64,000 nt of DNA, from contig JBFWNL010000005.1 in NCBI GenBank assembly GCA_050251055.1, positions 1 through 64,000 on the forward strand, read 5' to 3'. Position 1 is the first letter of the stretch; every line of letters begins with the position of its first letter. The position numbers and the translations under genes were made by a program. The notes below the pieces were generated by a model. The model saw nothing but the letters and a program-made list of their open reading frames with translations. It was not told the DNA's origin and ran no database searches. The stretch is from Bacteriovoracia bacterium. Its GTDB lineage: Bacteria; Bdellovibrionota; UBA1018; JBFWNL01. Of this stretch, positions 28,134 through 36,988 are shown in pieces.

Positions 28134-29591
28134 ATGACCTTGAACATTCTGCTGGCGGTGACCAAGAAAGAAGTCCGCGAGATCCTCTCGTTCGCGCTAG
28201 AAAGCCGGTTCGGCCCGGGCGTGATCGAGGTGAAGTCCGCGAAGGAAGCCGTCGAGAAGGTGGCCCAAATACGGGACCTGGATCTGGTGGTGAGTGAGTA
28301 CCCGGGGATCGGCGACATCTTGTTCAAGCACTTGGCTTCGCAGGACCGCGGTAGCAAGGCATCGGTTCCTTGTGTCGTGTGCTGCGCCCAGAAGCCCAAG
28401 GAAGATTCCATTTTCAAGAAGCTCAACGTGCTCGGATACGCCCACTGGGCCACCGTGATCGATTCCATGCAACAGATTCTCAAACCCTGGCATGAGGTCA
28501 TTCAGGAAGAGGCCGCCGAGCTCGCGGCGTTAGCCGCGGCCAAGTTCGAGAAAAAATACCGAGGGAAGCCAGTCACGGCCCCTGCGCCGAGCGAGGCCGC
28601 TGCCCCGGAGGGACCGGGCTATTGCCGAATTCACACTAGTTTACTCATCCGGGTCGGACCGTTGCAGGCCGATGTGTACATCGGCCTATCGCCGGTGAAA
28701 TTTCTGAGGCTTTTTCGGGAGGGTGACCGTTTCGACGAGAAGGACTACAGCCGCTACCTGCTCGAAAAGAAGCTAGAGTACCTCTATATTCGCCAGGACC
28801 AGTGCGCTGAATTCATCGACAAATTCAAGACCGACCTCCTGTTGCTGTTGCGTTCGGAAGTCCTGGGTACGCCCAGCCAGGATCCCGACCTGCCGCTCGC
28901 CGTGCACGAGGCGGCGCAAGAGCTGCTTTTGCGCCTGGGGCCGACGGCGGAAGTGCAGGACGTGGTCAAGACCAGCATCCAGGTCACGATGAAGGCGGCG
29001 GGTCGCAATCCTCGCCTTAGCCAAATGTTGGCCAAGGTGAATGCGAATCCGAAGCGTTATATCCCTTCGCATAGCGGACTGATCGGCCAAATCTCATGCA
29101 CGTTGGCGGTGGCGATGGAGTGGCATTCGGAAACGACTTTCTACAAATTAAATTTGGCCGCGTTTCTTCACGATATCACTTTAGACAACCACGCCTTAGC
29201 GGCGATTCGCACGATGGACGAGCTGAATGCGCGGCGCGATCAGTTCAAGCCGCAGGAGTACAAGGACTTCCAAAACCACGCCATGCGGGCAGCGGAGTTG
29301 GCCCGCCAGTTTAACGAAGTGCCTCCGGACGTGGACTCGATCATCGCTCAACACCATGAACAGCCCGATGGCTCGGGTTTTCCTCGGGGATTGACCCATA
29401 CGCACATTAGCCCTCTAGGCGCGCTCTTCATCGTCGCGCACGATTTGATTTCGTTCGTGTTCGAAAAAGGGGGGCCGTCCAACATCGATTTGTTTTTGCA
29501 AGAATTCCTGATCCTCACTAAGGACCGTTACGCCGTGGGAAACTTCAAGAAGATCCACAAGGCGCTGGGTGCGATTCAGACCGGCGAATAG
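28134..29591 (+). CDS. Pseudo-receiver + HD-GYP-like phosphodiesterase
   Basis: REC-like N-terminus (DLVVSE, Glu at the phospho-Asp position); FLHD, QHHEQPDGSGFP. Confidence 0.8.
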   Translation: MTLNILLAVTKKEVREILSFALESRFGPGVIEVKSAKEAVEKVAQIRDLDLVVSEYPGIGDILFKHLASQDRGSKASVPCVVCCAQKPKEDSIFKKLNVLGYAHWATVIDSMQQILKPWHEVIQEEAAELAALAAAKFEKKYRGKPVTAPAPSEAAAPEGPGYCRIHTSLLIRVGPLQADVYIGLSPVKFLRLFREGDRFDEKDYSRYLLEKKLEYLYIRQDQCAEFIDKFKTDLLLLLRSEVLGTPSQDPDLPLAVHEAAQELLLRLGPTAEVQDVVKTSIQVTMKAAGRNPRLSQMLAKVNANPKRYIPSHSGLIGQISCTLAVAMEWHSETTFYKLNLAAFLHDITLDNHALAAIRTMDELNARRDQFKPQEYKDFQNHAMRAAELARQFNEVPPDVDSIIAQHHEQPDGSGFPRGLTHTHISPLGALFIVAHDLISFVFEKGGPSNIDLFLQEFLILTKDRYAVGNFKKIHKALGAIQTGE

Positions 29592-29601
29592 GGAATGGAG
29601 C

Positions 29602-29805
29602 TTATACGACGAAGCGTTGCACGGCTTCCACAGCCGATAGGCTGTTCTCGCCGTTTCTGAGCGGGGTGACTACGTAGCTTTGCTGGGGGAGCGGCGCCCG
29701 CGAGGATTCCGAGCTGCGGGAGCCATTTTCGTTTTTCGAACTGGAACTTGCCCGGGCGATCAGACCGCCCACCAAGAGCGCGCCTACGGCGATTAAGGGT
29801 TCCAT
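29602..29805 (-). CDS. Small hypothetical membrane-anchored protein
   Basis: Fills the gap; hydrophobic N-terminus; GGCGG upstream. Confidence 0.4.
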   Translation of the reverse strand: MEPLIAVGALLVGGLIARASSSSKNENGSRSSESSRAPLPQQSYVVTPLRNGENSLSAVEAVQRFVV

Positions 29806-29934
29806 ATACGTACCGCCTTTCGTCTACTCTCTAATTATATCGCACCGGGCCATAACCACAAATCACAAAAAAATAATAAAATCAGGGGCATGCCGTGATT
29901 GTTAATCATCCGGCATTTGCTATGATTTCTAACA

Positions 29935-30684
29935 ATGGCGAAGAGCAAAACCTTCTTTCCGACCCCGCGGGGGGCGCTCCCGGCGGCCTTTGCGCCGGTG
30001 GAAAGCGCGATGATGATTCGCAAGATGATTTTAGCCGCGGAAGATCTCGGGGCTGACTGCGTGGTTTGGACTGCGGGCCAGAAAGTCGTGTTGCGGACAC
30101 GGGTCATTGGTCAGCCGGATCTGTATCGCTTCGTCGCGCTCGCCGTCAGTGACTACCGCAAGGTCGGCGAACTGGTAAAGAAATCCGTGGCGGAAGGTCA
30201 TTGCTTCGCGATCATTTATTTGAAGGACCAGGCGGTGGTGGGGTTTAAGACCACGATTTTGGAGTCTGACACCGATACCTTGCGCCTAACCTTGCCCGAT
30301 CGGGTGCTGCAGCTACAGCGACGCAAGGACCAGCGTCTGCGGATCGCCGACGGATACGTCGTGCAGGTGGCGCTTCGCCATCCGCGGAAACCCGCTGAAT
30401 TCATGCGACAGAAGCTTTTGGACGTCAGCGTGGGCGGATTTTCGTTCGCGGTGACGAAGGAAGAGGTGGAAGAGTTCTTCCGTGGCCAGTTCCTTACCAA
30501 GGTGGAGCTCATGATCCGCAAGCGCAGTGTCTTCGTGGACGTGCGCGTGCAGAGCATCACGAAGCTGCCGCCTACCTCCCGCACGAAAGGGATGCGCGTT
30601 GGCGTTTCCTTCGATCAAATCAACGATCGTGACCTCGAGTTTCTTTCGATGTACATCGTCGAGCACACCATCCAATATCAATGA
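29935..30684 (+). CDS. PilZ-domain c-di-GMP effector (YcgR-like)
   Basis: QRRKDQR (RxxxR) and DVSVGG (DxSxxG). Confidence 0.85.
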   Translation: MAKSKTFFPTPRGALPAAFAPVESAMMIRKMILAAEDLGADCVVWTAGQKVVLRTRVIGQPDLYRFVALAVSDYRKVGELVKKSVAEGHCFAIIYLKDQAVVGFKTTILESDTDTLRLTLPDRVLQLQRRKDQRLRIADGYVVQVALRHPRKPAEFMRQKLLDVSVGGFSFAVTKEEVEEFFRGQFLTKVELMIRKRSVFVDVRVQSITKLPPTSRTKGMRVGVSFDQINDRDLEFLSMYIVEHTIQYQ

Positions 30685-31946
30685 ATCCGATAAAATCATG
30701 GAAGCTGAGGCACGATCAAGGCCGCGGATTTCGGCATGGGCACCCGTGGGTGTTTTCCAATGAGCTCGCCCAGTCGCCGAAGGGCGTGGAGCCGGGCGAG
30801 ACGATCGAGTTGCTGGATGAGTCGGGCGCGTTCCTGGCGCGTGGCTATGGCAACCCCGCTTCGCTGATCGCGTTTCGCGTGTTGAGTCGGGACCCCGCGA
30901 GCCGGGAGGCGACGGACGAAGCGCTCGTACATGGCATCTTGAAGCGTGCGTGGGACTGGCGTGCGAGCTTGGGAATGACCCAGCATAGCTTTCGGCTTTG
31001 TTTCGGCGAGGCCGATGGGCTTCCCGGGGTAGTCATCGATGTTTACCGGTTGCGAGGAGGCGAGACGGTTTGCTCCGTGCAGCTCAATACCGCGGGCGGA
31101 GAGAAGTTGTCGCCCGCGATTCTGGCGGCACTGGAAAAAATGACGGGCCCCCCTTTGCGGGCGATCTTGGTGCGGGATTCGCGTTCGCGCCTGCTCGAGG
31201 GATTGACGACCGAACCCAAGGCCTGGGTGAATGCACCCGAGGGGCTCGATCGCGGCCCGGTAGCGATCATGACCGAGCACGGGGAGTTTTGGACCGATCT
31301 CGCGCGTGGACAAAAGACGGGCTTTTACCTGGATCAGTCGGCCAATATCGCGGTCGCCGCGGAATGGGTTCAGAGGCTAGCGGCGGATCCTTCTCGTAAA
31401 AGCCGGAAGTTTTCGGTCCTGGATTTGTTTTGTTATGTCGGCCAGTGGGGCGTGAGCCTGGGCGCGGCCGCGCGCGGGGCGGGGGCGTCGGTCGAAGTCA
31501 CTTTCGCCGATGCATCGGGGCCGGCGCTAGAGCTTGCCCTCCGGAATGCGAAGGATCGGGGCTTGGATGCGAAGTCCGTCGAAGCCGATCTCGTCGAGGC
31601 GCTGCCCGCGACGGGAATGCACGCCATGGTCGTATGCGACCCGCCCGCGCTGATCAAAAAGAAAAAAGATGTACCCACCGGACGTAAGGCTTATCTGAAA
31701 CTGAACCGCGAAGCGCTCAAGCTCGTTGAACCGGGCGGCCTTTTTGTAACCTGTTCCTGCTCGGGCCTTTTTCCGGAATCCGAGTTCCAGGCGATGTTGA
31801 GTCAGGCCGCGCATCAGGCCAAGCGACGCGTGCATTGGATTGGCCGGGGCGGCCACGCGGCCGATCATCCGCGACTGGCAGAGTTCCCCGAAGGCCAGTA
31901 TTTGAAATGCTGGATCGGTGTCGTCGAGCCCCATGGCGGAGCGTAA
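30681..31946 (+). CDS. rlmI: RlmI-family rRNA m5C methyltransferase
   Basis: GHPWVFSNE, GEADGLPG..ID, GQKTGFYLDQ, LDLFCY.G, DPPAL, TCSCS, YLK. Confidence 0.85.
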   Translation: MNPIKSWKLRHDQGRGFRHGHPWVFSNELAQSPKGVEPGETIELLDESGAFLARGYGNPASLIAFRVLSRDPASREATDEALVHGILKRAWDWRASLGMTQHSFRLCFGEADGLPGVVIDVYRLRGGETVCSVQLNTAGGEKLSPAILAALEKMTGPPLRAILVRDSRSRLLEGLTTEPKAWVNAPEGLDRGPVAIMTEHGEFWTDLARGQKTGFYLDQSANIAVAAEWVQRLAADPSRKSRKFSVLDLFCYVGQWGVSLGAAARGAGASVEVTFADASGPALELALRNAKDRGLDAKSVEADLVEALPATGMHAMVVCDPPALIKKKKDVPTGRKAYLKLNREALKLVEPGGLFVTCSCSGLFPESEFQAMLSQAAHQAKRRVHWIGRGGHAADHPRLAEFPEGQYLKCWIGVVEPHGGA

Positions 31947-33114
31947 GTATTCTCGGGCAGGTTCGGTAGTTTTCGTCGGCAATCGCGGGGGCGCGATTCG
32001 GGCCGCCCGCGCGTTGAATCTCCAGATTCATCTCATCGACAAAAAAGAACCCACCGCGTTCGTGCGTAAATCGCTCGCGTCGTTCGAAGCGGTGGAAAAC
32101 CTACGGAACGAGGCGGAAGTGCGCCGCGCGGCCGAGCGCGCGATAGGCCGAGGGGCGGCGCCAGGCGCCGTGTTGGCGCTCACGGAAAGTGCGGTGGTAT
32201 CGGCCGCGCAGCTGCGTGAAAAGTGGAAGTGCCCGGGCTTGAGCGTCGCGCAAGCGCATACATTTTCCAATAAATCCGCGATGAAGGAAGCGGTGATCCG
32301 CGCCGGCGTGAAATGTACGCCTTGGAAGGTGATCACCGCGGCCGACACATGCGAAAGCTTGGTCGCCGAGTTCGGTCTGCCGCTCGTGCTGAAGGAAGTG
32401 GCGAATTCCGGCAGTCGCGGTACGGTTATCGCGCACGACGAGGCGAGCCTGCGCGCGGCATGGGCGGCGGGCTCGCGGGTGGGGGGGCTGGCGGAGGCGT
32501 TCATCGACGGCTTGGAGATGAGTGTCGAGTCGATTGTTCACGGCGGAAATATCGTATTCACCAATTTCACCGAATATTACATTAATCAGTGGGCGAATAT
32601 CGTTCCCGGTACGGTTGCCCCGGAGATCGAGCGCGCCGCGCAAGCATTGAACGTGAAAGTCATCCAAACGCTGGGGCTGCGCGACGGAATCACGCATCTT
32701 GAGTTTTACTGGACGAAGGATGGCATCGTCTTCGGGGAAATCGCGGCCCGACCGCCGGGTGGATACCTGATGGAGCTCATCCACGTGGCTTACGGATTTA
32801 ATCCCTGGACGGCCTGGCTGCAGGCGGAGTTGAGCGAGACGCCCGAGGTTCAGACGAAGCCCCAAGCCTACGCGGGCGTGCTGCTCTTTCACCCGGGGGA
32901 AGGCGTCGTGGAGTCGATCGCGGGCCTGGAGTGGGCGATAAAGCAGCCGAAGGAAAAATTCTCGCTACGCTTAAACCCCGGGGACCGTGTCGATGCGCGT
33001 TTGGGGACCGGCCAAAACAAGGGTGAAGTGATCGTAAGCGGGAGCACGCGCGCGGAAGTCGCGGGTTGGCTCGACAATTTCGCGCGCGAGATCAGAATCA
33101 TCGTAAATCCTTAA
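31933..33114 (+). CDS. ATP-grasp ligase (L-amino-acid ligase-like)
   Basis: NKSAMK, PLVLK...SGSRG, EAFIDG.E.SVE, HLEF, EIAARPPGG. Confidence 0.85.
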   Translation: MAERKYSRAGSVVFVGNRGGAIRAARALNLQIHLIDKKEPTAFVRKSLASFEAVENLRNEAEVRRAAERAIGRGAAPGAVLALTESAVVSAAQLREKWKCPGLSVAQAHTFSNKSAMKEAVIRAGVKCTPWKVITAADTCESLVAEFGLPLVLKEVANSGSRGTVIAHDEASLRAAWAAGSRVGGLAEAFIDGLEMSVESIVHGGNIVFTNFTEYYINQWANIVPGTVAPEIERAAQALNVKVIQTLGLRDGITHLEFYWTKDGIVFGEIAARPPGGYLMELIHVAYGFNPWTAWLQAELSETPEVQTKPQAYAGVLLFHPGEGVVESIAGLEWAIKQPKEKFSLRLNPGDRVDARLGTGQNKGEVIVSGSTRAEVAGWLDNFAREIRIIVNP

Positions 33115-33135
33115 TGGGCCTTCATTAAGGCTTTG
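33109..33135 (+). terminator. Possible terminator hairpin after the ATP-grasp gene
   Basis: CCTTAATG-ggcctt-CATTAAGG followed by CTTTG (weak U tract). Confidence 0.35.
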
Positions 33136-33235
33136 AATCAACTACTGTATTTGGATCGTATTTTCGACAGGATAGGCCTCATTTCGTCAGCGGCAGGTTT
33201 GACATGGGGCATTGGGCGGGTTACCCACGTGCGGG

Positions 33236-34402
33236 ATGAGAGTTAAATTTCAGGGGATGGTATTCCCGATCATGTGGATGACAGCGATTGTAGGGCCGGC
33301 GGTGGCGCTGACTTCGAATCCGCTACAAATGTGGGATCGATCCGTCGGAGTCGATATTCAGTCCGCGGCTTGCCAAGATTTCGTGAAGTTCATGACCGCG
33401 AGCCACGGCGAGAAGAACGGGCTGCAGACGGATACGCTCATGGTTACCCGGGACGGTAAGCCCGTCTACGAGTGGTACGATGGCGTTTATGACCCGGAGA
33501 CGCCCCACTGCATGTGGTCGGCCACCAAAAGTATCGGTGCGACGCTCTTGGGCGCGGCCGTTACGGAAGGTGCGGTCGACGTTTCGGCGCGCTTATCTCA
33601 ATTCTACCCAAGCGATCAGCGAACGTTCAAATCGGCCCAGCAGCGTGAGTTCTATGAACGCATTGAGCTTAAGGACCTCATCGCCATGGCGGGCGGGTTT
33701 GAATGGACGGAGCGCGACTACTCCCAGATCAAGGGACTCGCGGTCTTGGATATGCTCTACCTCAAGGGTTACAAAGATACGACGGCCTTCGCCGCCGCGG
33801 CTGATCTCGCGCCAGAAGGCCCGGGCAATCGCTACATCTACAGCAGCGGTAGTTCCGCCCTGGTTTTAGGGGCGTTGAAGCAGGTCTACGCCAAGGAGCA
33901 GGATACCTTTCCTTGGCGGTTATTGTTTGATCCGCTGGAGATGGAAGACGTCGTTTTTGAGCGTGATCAGGCGGGAAACTTTGTCGCATCCTCATACGTG
34001 CATCTCAAGCTGCGGGATATGGCCAAGATCGGCCAACTTTTTATTAATCGCGGTGTGTGGAACGGAAAGCGGGTGTTATCCGAATCGTGGATCGACCAGG
34101 CCGCGCGGCCGTCGCACGGTATGCTATCGGAAGGCACGCCGATCGAAGACCTAAAGTTCGAAGGCGCCGTTTACGGCGAAGCGGGAATGTGGACGAATAA
34201 CGCGATTCGCGGATTGCCCCGCTTCTTCCCGGCGGCCCCCGATGACATGATCTTCGCGGCCGGCCACTACGGACAAGTGATCTTGATCCTGCCCACGCAG
34301 AACCTGGTGATTGCACGTACGGGCCACGACAAGGAATATTTCTCGAAGATCAACGCCATGGTGGGCAAGGCGCTGGCTTGTTTTGGCGGAGGTAGACCAT
34401 GA
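33236..34402 (+). CDS. Serine hydrolase, beta-lactamase class C-like (start uncertain)
   Basis: WSATK (SxxK), YSSG, AAGHYGQ, LVIAR. Confidence 0.88.
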   Translation: MRVKFQGMVFPIMWMTAIVGPAVALTSNPLQMWDRSVGVDIQSAACQDFVKFMTASHGEKNGLQTDTLMVTRDGKPVYEWYDGVYDPETPHCMWSATKSIGATLLGAAVTEGAVDVSARLSQFYPSDQRTFKSAQQREFYERIELKDLIAMAGGFEWTERDYSQIKGLAVLDMLYLKGYKDTTAFAAAADLAPEGPGNRYIYSSGSSALVLGALKQVYAKEQDTFPWRLLFDPLEMEDVVFERDQAGNFVASSYVHLKLRDMAKIGQLFINRGVWNGKRVLSESWIDQAARPSHGMLSEGTPIEDLKFEGAVYGEAGMWTNNAIRGLPRFFPAAPDDMIFAAGHYGQVILILPTQNLVIARTGHDKEYFSKINAMVGKALACFGGGRP

Positions 34403-34788
34403 GGTTGCGTCGTCTGATGGTGGCGATTGCTGTCGTGGCGGCCGCGCCCGCCTTCGGTAAGGAAGTGAAATCGATTTTCGAGGACATCGGGGTTCTACGT
34501 TATTCCCTGCGCAACGGCTTGCTCCCGATGATCGTGGCGAAGGAGTATTGCTCTTGCCTCTTTGTGCAGAAATTCCCTTTGAACGAGTGCAAGAAGCGCG
34601 ACGGGTTGCCGTTTCCGGCGCTGAATATGCTCGACATCGACGAAAAGCTGCTCAAACAGAAAATCGTTCGCGTGAAGCCGCGCTTGTTGGGAAAGCACCC
34701 CTGGGGCGAGGCCCGATTCGTAGGGAAGGGCGTCAGCGGTCAGAATTACGGCTGCGTAATCACGCATGGTCCGGCCGACGCGATCTAA
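34399..34788 (+). CDS. Small secreted Cys-containing partner of the serine hydrolase
   Basis: Signal peptide; AKEYCSCLFV...C...YGC; ATGA overlap with the hydrolase. Confidence 0.7.
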   Translation: MRLRRLMVAIAVVAAAPAFGKEVKSIFEDIGVLRYSLRNGLLPMIVAKEYCSCLFVQKFPLNECKKRDGLPFPALNMLDIDEKLLKQKIVRVKPRLLGKHPWGEARFVGKGVSGQNYGCVITHGPADAI

Positions 34789-34915
34789 CCCCGAGGGTTG
34801 CCCGTCCTTTGGGCTGAGTACAAGCAGAGATATTGTGCACTACGTCATTATAACTGCCCTGCCTTGACACATTGAGCTGCCGATGCGACAACCCGCGCCA
34901 GAGGTGGTGGGGTAG

Positions 34916-36058
34916 ATGGGATTCACGAAGATTTGGCACTGGGTTGGAATGGCTTCGCTATTCCTGATAGGTACGGCTTCCGCCGGTGGTACGTTCAAGG
35001 CGAAGCCGATGACGGACGCCGAGTATGGCGCGGTCATACGGGAGATCTACTCGCAGGAGTCTTCGGTCCCGGCGATGATTGAAGCTCAGGCCGGTACCCG
35101 CCCGCGCGCGCCGATTTCCGCCGAGCAGAGCGCGAAACTCAATCTGCTCACCCTCTACATCATCCCTCCCGGACGGGACTTGAACTGGGATAGCCCGAAG
35201 CGGCTCGTGAACTCCGTCATCCGAAACTATATCTTTCACCCGGACCGCCTTATTGGCCACGTTCTGGCATCGGTGCGGTGCGGGGCCACGGGCGAGCCGG
35301 ACTTTTTCTTCTCGGGCATGTCCGGTCGGGGCGATGATCGCGCGCTGGCGGACGACGAGGGTTATGGCCTAGGCCTGATGTTTCATGATTACGCCGGATA
35401 TATGGAAAATCCGAAGCTGCTTGTGAAAGAGTTACGTTATCGCGCGAAGTGGGGACGCTTGAGTTTCCTGGAGTTTGAGATTAACGCGAATACCTGCGAG
35501 CGCCTCCAGGAGTACATGCGCGGCTATCGGGCCAATGGCGACGACAAGCACTACGGACTACCCAACCGCCCGCGTTTTCACGAAGGCGGCGGTTGCACGG
35601 CTTTTTCCACGAGCTTCATCGACGTGGCGGGCTTGCTTGAGCCCGATTTCGTCGCGCACTGGACGCGCACCCTGCGCGTACCACGCGCCTTAGTGGGGGG
35701 CCATTGGACGGGTGAAAAGATTCCTACCAAGAAGCTACGCAAGGGGAAAGAAGCCGATCGTTGGGCCATCCCGGACGAGCCGGGTTTCGATCTGTTTTTC
35801 TGGGATGCCCAGCTCATGCATCGGTGGGTGCGCGAAACCTATGATCGCGAGAAAAAGCAGCGCCGCACGGATTTTGAGCCCGTACTTTACTGGGTCGAGG
35901 GCGATTCCCCTGATGATATGCCCGGCTATCGCCGCGTTTACGGATTACGGGTGAATCGTGCCGCGTGGAACACGCCCGACGAACCGATTTTCCTCAACGA
36001 GATTCGTAATACGAAGCCTTTTGAAGGCATCCCAACGGACGCGGGCCGTCGCCGGTAG
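34916..36058 (+). CDS. Secreted hypothetical protein (possible permuted papain-like fold)
   Basis: Signal peptide; IGHV and downstream GGGCTAF. Confidence 0.65.
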   Translation: MGFTKIWHWVGMASLFLIGTASAGGTFKAKPMTDAEYGAVIREIYSQESSVPAMIEAQAGTRPRAPISAEQSAKLNLLTLYIIPPGRDLNWDSPKRLVNSVIRNYIFHPDRLIGHVLASVRCGATGEPDFFFSGMSGRGDDRALADDEGYGLGLMFHDYAGYMENPKLLVKELRYRAKWGRLSFLEFEINANTCERLQEYMRGYRANGDDKHYGLPNRPRFHEGGGCTAFSTSFIDVAGLLEPDFVAHWTRTLRVPRALVGGHWTGEKIPTKKLRKGKEADRWAIPDEPGFDLFFWDAQLMHRWVRETYDREKKQRRTDFEPVLYWVEGDSPDDMPGYRRVYGLRVNRAAWNTPDEPIFLNEIRNTKPFEGIPTDAGRRR

Positions 36059-36066
36059 CCGCGGAC

Positions 36067-36849
36067 TCAACCCGCCTGCCTGCGAATTGCTCCGGCTACG
36101 CACGCCGCGGGTAGCCGCAGAGGAACACCGAGCTCTTTGCTGAACTCGGCGCGCATTTGCTCGCTAGCGGCTTCGATGCGACTCAATAGGGGCGGCAGCC
36201 GCGAGAAGGTGGAGAGTCCGGGTTTGCCGGGCTCGATCCGATAAACTCCGGTTGAAGTGACGCTCAAAAGCGCCCACTCCTCGCCCACGCGCTTTAACAG
36301 GGGGCCTCCGCTGTCTCCGGGGACCATAAAGACTTTCTCGCTTTGAAACACGGCTTGGTCTCCCCAGCCGACCGGCAGGAACCGGTCAATTTGGGCGCCC
36401 TGCAAGGTCGCCGGCTCCGTGTTCGGTTTTAGCTTTCCGTAACCCCAGACCTCGAAGGGGCCGCCCAGGTCGGCCTCGTCAGCGCGGACCAAGCGTATGT
36501 CCGTCGCGTAGTGATCCGGCAACCCGATCAGCGCCACGTCATTTTCCTCGAAGCGGCGGAATTTTAGGTGGGTAGTAGGGATCTCCACGCCGCCGGAGCA
36601 GACGATCTTTTGGATCACGTAACCGCTTTCGAGTACGTGGTTGGCCGTAACGATGCGGTCGCCGAGAAGGGCGCCGCTGCCGTAGAGCGTCTGGCCGGTA
36701 ATGGGATGCTTGGAAAGAATCTGGCAGATTCCTTTCGGCGACCGCGAACCGAGGGGCTGAACCGCGACCACGTCGTCCGACCAGGCAGGCGGAGTCCAGA
36801 GCAAGGCGTGGCTAAGCCCGAGGCCTAGGTAAAGAAAGGCGAATCTCAT
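36067..36849 (-). CDS. Secreted trypsin-like serine protease (S1)
   Basis: TANHV, NDVAL, GDSGGP. Confidence 0.88.
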   Translation of the reverse strand: MRFAFLYLGLGLSHALLWTPPAWSDDVVAVQPLGSRSPKGICQILSKHPITGQTLYGSGALLGDRIVTANHVLESGYVIQKIVCSGGVEIPTTHLKFRRFEENDVALIGLPDHYATDIRLVRADEADLGGPFEVWGYGKLKPNTEPATLQGAQIDRFLPVGWGDQAVFQSEKVFMVPGDSGGPLLKRVGEEWALLSVTSTGVYRIEPGKPGLSTFSRLPPLLSRIEAASEQMRAEFSKELGVPLRLPAACVAGAIRRQAG

Positions 36850-36928
36850 CTATATACGTATCGGCGGCGCGGGTGCCGTATTTACCCGCCCCGAGGGGCG
36901 GGTCAGTGGATTGACGGTACGAGATGAG

Positions 36929-36968
36929 AAAAAAAGGGGCAGGACCTTTCGATCCTGCCCCTTTTGTT
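36929..36968 (-). terminator. Rho-independent terminator of hppA
   Basis: On the - strand GGGGCAGGA stem / TCCTGCCCC followed by a T7 tract, about 20 nt after the stop. Confidence 0.85.
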
Positions 36969-36988
36969 TAACGAGTATTACCGAGCGC

